Part shown: piece by piece, positions 57,935 through 64,000 of the stretch
How the letters are laid out: each line of letters opens with the position of its first letter
Numbering within the stretch: the first letter of the stretch is position 1
From: Acidobacteriota bacterium
Lineage (GTDB): Bacteria > Acidobacteriota > UBA890 > WLXD01
DNA: 64,000 nt
Reading direction: 5' to 3'
Assembly: GCA_965248695.1 (NCBI GenBank)
Contig: CBDFKD010000002.1
Span: 160,001 to 224,000 of the forward strand
Translations under genes and position numbers: made by a program
Notes under the pieces: model-generated
Told to the model about the DNA's origin: nothing
Seen by the model: only the letters and a program-made list of their open reading frames with translations
The model's database searches: none

Positions 57935-59412
57935 TCACGCTCCTCGGGCGCCGACTCCAGCCGTGCCAGCATACGGTCGAGCGCGGTGCGGTCATAGAGC
58001 CGGCCGGCCGACATCACCGCCGCGATACGCTGCGTGTTGCGAATGTCATCGAGCGGATTGGCGGCCAGGAGCACGAGATCGGCCTGCATACCGGCGGCAA
58101 CTGTGCCGAGCTCGTCCTGAAGCCCGAAGTACTCTGCCGGCCGCAAAGTTGCAGCTTGCAAGACCTGCATCGGCGTCATCCCGGCCTGTACCAGAAGCGC
58201 GAGCTCCTCGTGGAGGCTGAATCCGGGTGTCAGGAAGAAGATCGGCGTGTCGGTGCCCGCCATGATGCCGATGCCGGCCTCCTGCAGGCGAGCCACCATC
58301 CCGAAGGCCCACTCGGCGTGCGCCCGTGTCGCCGACTCGGGCGCGGGCTCGGGCTGCGACTCGGCCATCGCCACGGCGTCACGCGACCACTGTGTACGCA
58401 CGGGCTCCGGGAGGTAGCGGAACGTCTGTTGCCACTCAGGTCGGGCAAACAGCCGTGTCACGCGCGCCTTGACGATCGTCAGCGTCGGTACCTGCCAGGT
58501 GTTGTTGCTCGCCAGCCGATCGATCACCCACGCACAGCGATCAGCATCGTAGGTCTCCACGGCGCGTTGGCGCTGGGCCGAGTGGATGCTGCTACGCAGG
58601 GCGCCGCCGTCCTCGTCGGCTCCGGCGGCCAACATCTCGCGACGCTCCGCCAATAGGGCCTCGGCGTCGGAGGAACACGCCAGCTCCAGGTTGCGGAGGT
58701 GCTCGAGGCTGCTGAGACCCTCGATCGCCGCATCGCCGGCATCCAGGCTCAGGGGGACGTGCCCGGTCACCGGCAGTCCATGCCGGCTGGCGCGCCGCAA
58801 AACGGCGCGGTACACGTCAGGATCGAGCATCTCGTAGGCCTTGATCAGGTCGACTCCCGCCGCCGCCAGCTCGTCCACTGCACGCTCACCCTCCTCGACC
58901 GTGCTGACACTGATTGCCAGCTCGGGCCGGAACGGCTGGCTGCCGTCGTACACCCGCGGTACTCCGTCCACCAGTGGGCCCGCGACGAACACCCGAGGAG
59001 CCACACCTGCCGCCGCTGTTGCCAAGCCGCGCCAGGCAAGCACGTCGTCAAGCAATCCACCGGTATCCCGCACGCTGGTGACCCCATTGGCGAGAAATAG
59101 CGGGAACATCACCGCTTCGAGCTCGGGAGTGAACGTCAGATGAACGTGGGCGTCCCAGAGTCCCGGGATGAGGAACTGACCCTCGGCGTCGACAACACGC
59201 GGCCCGGACGGTGAGATCTCGCCGGAGTCGGGCGCGACCTCGACGATGCGGTTGCCAGCCACCCGCACGACCATGCCCGCACGCAGCCCGTTGACCGCGT
59301 CGATCACGGCTACGTTGCGGAACACCGTCCCGTCAGTCGGCGGCGGCCCCGAGGATTGCACACAGCCAGCCAGCAGCGCTGCGACAGCAACAACGAGTCG
59401 TGTGCACCTCAT
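57931..59412 (-). CDS. Amidohydrolase family lipoprotein
   Basis: Lipobox LAGC; IPGLWDAHVH, GVTSVRD, LIK, GH, EH, AGTD, ADLVLL..NPL. Confidence 0.85.
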   Translation of the reverse strand: MRCTRLVVAVAALLAGCVQSSGPPPTDGTVFRNVAVIDAVNGLRAGMVVRVAGNRIVEVAPDSGEISPSGPRVVDAEGQFLIPGLWDAHVHLTFTPELEAVMFPLFLANGVTSVRDTGGLLDDVLAWRGLATAAAGVAPRVFVAGPLVDGVPRVYDGSQPFRPELAISVSTVEEGERAVDELAAAGVDLIKAYEMLDPDVYRAVLRRASRHGLPVTGHVPLSLDAGDAAIEGLSSLEHLRNLELACSSDAEALLAERREMLAAGADEDGGALRSSIHSAQRQRAVETYDADRCAWVIDRLASNNTWQVPTLTIVKARVTRLFARPEWQQTFRYLPEPVRTQWSRDAVAMAESQPEPAPESATRAHAEWAFGMVARLQEAGIGIMAGTDTPIFFLTPGFSLHEELALLVQAGMTPMQVLQAATLRPAEYFGLQDELGTVAAGMQADLVLLAANPLDDIRNTQRIAAVMSAGRLYDRTALDRMLARLESAPEERE

Positions 59413-59449
59413 AGGAGCTCCTCGGCCGTGGACTGAACCTGCTCGTGGT

Positions 59450-59824
59450 TCACCCACCAGCACGCTTGACCACCCAGCCACGCCGCTCGAGATCGGCGAC
59501 CAGCGTGTCCCGATGGTCACCCTGAATCTCGATGGTGCCGTCCTTGACGGTGCCCCCTGATCCGCACCTGCGCTTCAGCTCCTTGCCCAGCTCGATCAGA
59601 GCCGCCCCCGTCAGCGGCACGCCGGTGATGAGCGTCACCCCTTTGCCGCGGCGTCCCTTCGTCTGCCTCATGACCCGGACGACACCGTCTCCCCGGACGA
59701 CCGGCGCCGACTTGCGGCAGCTACACCGGGTTGTCGGCTGCTTGCACCTGGGACACATCTGCCCGTGTGCGGTCGAATACACCAGCCCAGCGCTCCCACC
59801 GGCCGACTTACCTGCGCGACTCAT
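59450..59824 (-). CDS. yciH: Translation initiation factor SUI1 family
   Basis: LVYST, TKGRRGKGVT, LKRRCGSGGTVKDGTIEIQGDHR; GAGGGG RBS. Confidence 0.92.
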   Translation of the reverse strand: MSRAGKSAGGSAGLVYSTAHGQMCPRCKQPTTRCSCRKSAPVVRGDGVVRVMRQTKGRRGKGVTLITGVPLTGAALIELGKELKRRCGSGGTVKDGTIEIQGDHRDTLVADLERRGWVVKRAGG

Positions 59825-59841
59825 CCCCTCACCCCGTTGCT

Positions 59842-60906
59842 TCATTGTAGCTCGGCCGCCGCATGACGCTGGTACGCCGGCGTGGTACGACGCACGAAGC
59901 TGTCGCCGGCTCGAACGACGAACAAGGCGGCGATGTCTCGTTGCGTAGCCCACGCGATTCCATCGTCGGGACCCATCACCATGAGCGCGGTCGCCAGGGC
60001 GTCAGCAGTCATGCAAGCATCCGCTAGCACCGACACCGAGACTCCACCGTGCGCTACTGGGCGGCCGGTACGCGGATCCAATGTGTGGCTCACCGGCGTG
60101 TCGTCGAGAAAGTACGCGTTGCGATAGCTACCCGACGTCGCCAGCGCGCCGTCGAGCGCTACCACGAGCGGCGCGGTACCCCCGGCGCCCGGCGCCTCGA
60201 TCGCGATGCGCCAGGGGCGACCGAACGTCGTCCGCCCCCGCGTCCGCACCTCGCCGCCGATGTCGACCATCACATTGTCCCAGCCGGCGCCTGCCAGGTC
60301 GGCGACAACAGCATCGACCGCGTAGCCCTTGGCGATCCCGGACAGATCCACGTAGGCGTGCGCGTCGAGCTTGGTCACCGTGACAGCTGACACATCGAGC
60401 TTGAGCTTGTCGGCGCCCACATGACCCAGCGCGGCGGCCAGCTCGGCGTCGGACGGGAGCTCGTCGATACGTCCCGGTGGCCCGAATCCCCAGGCGTTGA
60501 CCAGCGGACCGGCGGTGACGTCGAAGGCGCCGCCGGTATCAGCCGCCATCTCGATGGCGGCCTGAAGAACCTCGGCGGTTTCCGGCGACAACCGTACCGG
60601 CTGATTCGCCGACGCCCGGTTGAGCGTCGAGATCTCCGAGTCCGCTCGATAGGTCGACATCCGCCGATCGATCCGGTCCAGCGTCTCGGTGATCCGTTCG
60701 TCGATCACCTCACGGGCACCGTGTGCGTCGACGTCGTCTACACGGACCGTATAGCGCGTCCCCATCGTAGCGCCGCTGAACAACGCCCCAGGACGCGGAT
60801 CGGAAACGGCGCCGCAGGCGATCGTTAGCACCTGGAGCACGACGGTCGTTAGGACGCGTCCGTGCCTTCCCAGCTGCCCTTCATCTCGCCACCGGTTAAC
60901 TCGCAC
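59842..60906 (-). CDS. apbE: FAD:protein FMN transferase ApbE
   Basis: TMGT, MSTY..DSEIS, FDVT.GPLV..WGF, DLSGIAKGYAVD, ATSG.Y, H.LDPRTG, ADALATAL; lipobox-like TIAC; start uncertain. Confidence 0.9.
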   Translation of the reverse strand: MRVNRWRDEGQLGRHGRVLTTVVLQVLTIACGAVSDPRPGALFSGATMGTRYTVRVDDVDAHGAREVIDERITETLDRIDRRMSTYRADSEISTLNRASANQPVRLSPETAEVLQAAIEMAADTGGAFDVTAGPLVNAWGFGPPGRIDELPSDAELAAALGHVGADKLKLDVSAVTVTKLDAHAYVDLSGIAKGYAVDAVVADLAGAGWDNVMVDIGGEVRTRGRTTFGRPWRIAIEAPGAGGTAPLVVALDGALATSGSYRNAYFLDDTPVSHTLDPRTGRPVAHGGVSVSVLADACMTADALATALMVMGPDDGIAWATQRDIAALFVVRAGDSFVRRTTPAYQRHAAAELQ

Positions 60907-61460
60907 TTGTGCGGGAACTCCAGGCTGCAGTCGTCTAGCGGCTTGCGCAGCGCGGGGTCCATCAGCTCGTGGATGTCGAGCCGCATGGCCTCTCTGGAGT
61001 ACGCCGCCAAATCCAGGATGCCGGTGTCCATCCGGATGGCGTCTTCAGGGCACACCTCGACGCAGTAGCCGCAATAGACGCAGATACCCAAGTCGATGTC
61101 GAATCGCAATGGGTACTTCTCCACATGCGGATCCGGGTGCTCGCCCGGCACGATAGTGATGCACTTGGCCGGGCAGACAGTCTCGCACAGCATGCATCCG
61201 ACGCACCGGGGGGTGCCGTCGTCGCGCAGCGTGAGCCGATGCCTGCTGCGGTACCTCGACATCAGCGGTCGGAGCTCCTCGGGATACTGATAGGTCACGG
61301 CGGCCCGGATGTGCTTGAGCCGACCCAACAGGTGGGCAACGTGCAGAAAGAGGTTCCGGAAGAAGTGTCTGGAGGTGATCCTCAGCCCAGAGATGATCTG
61401 AGGCAGGTAGAGATTCTCCCAGAACGTCAACTCGCGTCGCTGGACAACTTTTACGGTCAC
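60849..61460 (-). CDS. nuoI: NADH-quinone oxidoreductase subunit I
   Basis: TYQYPEE; two 4Fe-4S motifs CVGCMLCETVCP and CVYCGYCVEVCP; GTG 61460 overlaps the nuoH stop. Confidence 0.92.
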   Translation of the reverse strand: MTVKVVQRRELTFWENLYLPQIISGLRITSRHFFRNLFLHVAHLLGRLKHIRAAVTYQYPEELRPLMSRYRSRHRLTLRDDGTPRCVGCMLCETVCPAKCITIVPGEHPDPHVEKYPLRFDIDLGICVYCGYCVEVCPEDAIRMDTGILDLAAYSREAMRLDIHELMDPALRKPLDDCSLEFPHKCELTGGEMKGSWEGTDAS

Positions 61461-62551
61461 GAAGCCCCCTCGCCGAAGAACAACAGTACCAGGGCGGTCA
61501 CCACCACGTTGATCACCGCGACCGGGAACAACCCCTTCCACCCCAGCGACATGAGCTGATCGTAGCGGAAACGCGGCAAGGTCCAGCGTATTTGCATGAA
61601 CAGCCAGGAGAAGATCACGACTTTCAACGCAAAAGCCCCTACCCCAAGCAGGACGTAGACCAGGTTGGATACCGCAATCTCGCTACCCCAGGGGAACAGG
61701 AAGCCTTCCGGCGTCAGGAAGGGCACCTGCCAGCCCCCGAAGAAGAGCGTCGTCGCCAGGCAGGCGACCATGATCGTTTCGAGGAAATCGGTCAGGAAGA
61801 ACATCCCGAACTTCATGCCGCTGTACTCGACGAAGTAGCCGATAATCTCCGACTCCCCTTCCGGCAGGTCGAAAGGCAGCCGCTTGGTCTCCGCCAGCGC
61901 AGCGGTGACGAACACGAAGAAGGCCACCGGCTGGGCGACGATTCCCCACAGCGGGATCCAGCCACCGATCATCTGACCCTGTGCTCGAACCAGCTCGGAG
62001 AGGTTCATCGTTCCGTAGACCATGATCACCCCGAGGATGGCCACCCCGAGCGCGATCTCGTAGGAGATCATCTGCGCCGTGGCGCGCAAGCCACCCATGA
62101 TCGCGTAGTTGTTGCGCGACGCGAAGCCGGCCAGGATAACGCCGTAGACACCCATCGAAAGCATGGCGAACACGTAAAGCAGCGCCGCGTTGAGGTTGGC
62201 GACCTGGAGATCGATGACCAGGTCCCCCCAGATAAGTCGGTCGCCGAAGGGGATCGCTGCGAAGGCCACCAGGGCGAAGAACACCGAGAAGAACGGCGCC
62301 AGCGTGTGGAGGGTCTTGTTGGCGCCTGTCGGGACGATGTCCTCCTTGGTGAACATCTTGATGGCGTCCGCTATGCCGTGAAACAGACCCAGCATGCGGA
62401 AGCCAAAGATGGGGGCGCGGTTTGCCCCGATGCGATCCTGGATCAGCGCCGACTGCTTGCGCTCCACCCAGGTGTGCAACCCGGCGAAGTTGACCACGCC
62501 GAATAGCACCAGCGCAGCCAGCGCCAGCTTGATGAGGATCGCCTCGATCAC
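61457..62551 (-). CDS. nuoH: NADH-quinone oxidoreductase subunit H
   Basis: ERK...QDRIG.NR, ADAIK...KED, GGLR..AQMISYE, PFDLPEGESE, EYSGMKF, WTLPRFRYDQLM. Confidence 0.95.
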   Translation of the reverse strand: MIEAILIKLALAALVLFGVVNFAGLHTWVERKQSALIQDRIGANRAPIFGFRMLGLFHGIADAIKMFTKEDIVPTGANKTLHTLAPFFSVFFALVAFAAIPFGDRLIWGDLVIDLQVANLNAALLYVFAMLSMGVYGVILAGFASRNNYAIMGGLRATAQMISYEIALGVAILGVIMVYGTMNLSELVRAQGQMIGGWIPLWGIVAQPVAFFVFVTAALAETKRLPFDLPEGESEIIGYFVEYSGMKFGMFFLTDFLETIMVACLATTLFFGGWQVPFLTPEGFLFPWGSEIAVSNLVYVLLGVGAFALKVVIFSWLFMQIRWTLPRFRYDQLMSLGWKGLFPVAVINVVVTALVLLFFGEGAS

Positions 62552-64000
62552 GGGCTCGCCGCCTCGGGCTGCTGCCCCGGGATGGAACCCGGAACGGGGT
62601 GCGGCGACACCAGGGCAACGCCGTCCTGCCCGATCGTCTCGTAGGTCAACCCGGCGAAGGGCTCCTCGACGGCGGCGAGCGCCGCGAAGATCTCTTCCGG
62701 CTTCGTGCCGTCGAGCGGCCGCTCGAGCAGCTCGGCGAGCGACATCAGCACGCGCCAGTCCTCGCGCGACCTGCCGTAGGGCGGCATCACCCGGCCAACG
62801 CGCTGGATGCGTCCGTCGCAGTTGACGAACGTCCCGTCCTTCTCGACGTAGCCAGCTGTCGGCAGCGTCCAGTGGGCCAGCGACGCCGTAGCGTTGTCGT
62901 TGGTGCCGGAGAAGATCAGCAGGTCGACCTTCTGCGCCACCTCGGCAGCCTTGCTCTCGCCGAACAGGTCGACCAGATCGTGTCCGAAGACCCACAGAGC
63001 ATCGAGCTCTCCCGCCAATGCCGCGTCCAGGATCCCGCCTGCGGCGGGCGCATCGGGCCCGCCAAGTCCGAGCAACGTGGCGCCGTAGGTATTGGGGCTC
63101 TTGTCGGCCATGATCAGAAAATCGTCCGAGGAGCCAGGCTGCTCGGGGACGTTGGCGCTGATCTGCGCGCCGACGAAGACCTCACGGATCAGGAAGAGCT
63201 CCTCGTTGGTCAGCTGCGTCGAGGCGATCACACCGATGCGTGCCTCGTCATCGCCGACACGCGTCGCGATCGCCTGCAGGGCCTCGTCCCAGGTGGCGTC
63301 ACCCTCCGGCCCACGCACCAGATCAAGCCGCTCGTGATCCAGCCAACCGAGCCCATACCTGCCTTCGTCGCACAGCCACCACTCGTTCACGTCGGCGTTG
63401 TAGCGCGGCTTCACTCGCACCATGCGGGCGCCGTCGTTCAGGTGCGGCCGGTCGAGAATGAAGTGCATGTCGAGGTTGCAGCCACGGCTGCACCCGTTGC
63501 AGACTGTGGGGACGCTCGACAGGTACCAGACCCTTGCCTTGAAGCGGAAATCGGCCTCGGTGAGCGCACCCACTGGACAGATATCGACGACGTTCGCCGA
63601 GTACGGGTTGTCCAGCCTGGCACCCGGGTAGATACCCAGCTCGGCGCTGTCGCCGCGATTGAAGATGCCGAACTCGCCGGTATTGGTGATCTCGTCGGTG
63701 AAACGCACGCAGCGGGAGCACAGGATGCAGCGCTCCTGGTCGAGCATGACGTGCGGGCCGAGCTCGACGGCCTTCTTCTTCTTGACCTTGTGCTCACGAA
63801 AGCGCGGGTCGTAGAGCCCGAAGTTCATGTAGAAGTTCTGCAGGTCGCACTCGCCCGACTGATCGCAGACGGGGCAATCGAGAGGATGGTTGGCGAGCAG
63901 GAACTCCAGCACCGACTGACGCCCCTTCTCGGCCCGGTCGTTGGTGGTGTGCACCACCATCCCGTCGGTGGCCGGCAGGTTGCAGGCGATCTGCAGCTTG
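62548..64000 (-). CDS. nuoG: NADH-quinone oxidoreductase subunit G (5' end outside the window)
   Basis: NHPLDCPVCDQSGECDLQ, CILCSRCVRF, CPVGAL, CNGCSRGC...LCDEGR. Confidence 0.9.
   Translation of the reverse strand, partial: KLQIACNLPATDGMVVHTTNDRAEKGRQSVLEFLLANHPLDCPVCDQSGECDLQNFYMNFGLYDPRFREHKVKKKKAVELGPHVMLDQERCILCSRCVRFTDEITNTGEFGIFNRGDSAELGIYPGARLDNPYSANVVDICPVGALTEADFRFKARVWYLSSVPTVCNGCSRGCNLDMHFILDRPHLNDGARMVRVKPRYNADVNEWWLCDEGRYGLGWLDHERLDLVRGPEGDATWDEALQAIATRVGDDEARIGVIASTQLTNEELFLIREVFVGAQISANVPEQPGSSDDFLIMADKSPNTYGATLLGLGGPDAPAAGGILDAALAGELDALWVFGHDLVDLFGESKAAEVAQKVDLLIFSGTNDNATASLAHWTLPTAGYVEKDGTFVNCDGRIQRVGRVMPPYGRSREDWRVLMSLAELLERPLDGTKPEEIFAALAAVEEPFAGLTYETIGQDGVALVSPHPVPGSIPGQQPEAASP

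Noticed and set aside
56360-57997. Long antisense ORFs such as 56360-57997, 10527-11930 and 54168-55286
   Set aside because: Shadow ORFs opposite well-supported genes, expected at high GC.

Overview
GC-rich bacterial window, densely coding (about 55 genes), and probably chromosomal because it carries guaA, pdxH, arfB, yciH/SUI1, apbE and nuoG-H-I. Many secreted beta-propeller proteins, peptidases, a sulfatase and a CRTAC1-type protein suggest an Acidobacteriota-like heterotroph; that taxonomy is inference only. No tRNA, rRNA, CRISPR array or transposase was recognised. Two non-coding elements stand out. (1) A candidate large structured ncRNA of about 450 nt on the minus strand (44154-44603). 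It is closed by a 15-bp 5'/3' helix, has a promoter-like sequence upstream and a U-tract downstream, and contains five GCAA-tetraloop arms, four with a repeated GGAA/purine 4x4 internal loop. I could not match it by eye to RNase P RNA, tmRNA, SRP or 6S. (2) An integrase-less integron cassette array (CALIN) next to pdxH (45484-46976), with three intact 67-68 bp attC sites, two full cassettes and remnants. Also seen: a REC-PAS-EAL gene with its whole GGDEF domain deleted, a frameshifted CRTAC1-like gene, a Ser/Thr kinase / orphan recombinase-domain / FHA-trypsin cluster, and a TIMP-like secreted protein. All calls are from reading the sequence; no searches or folding programs were run.
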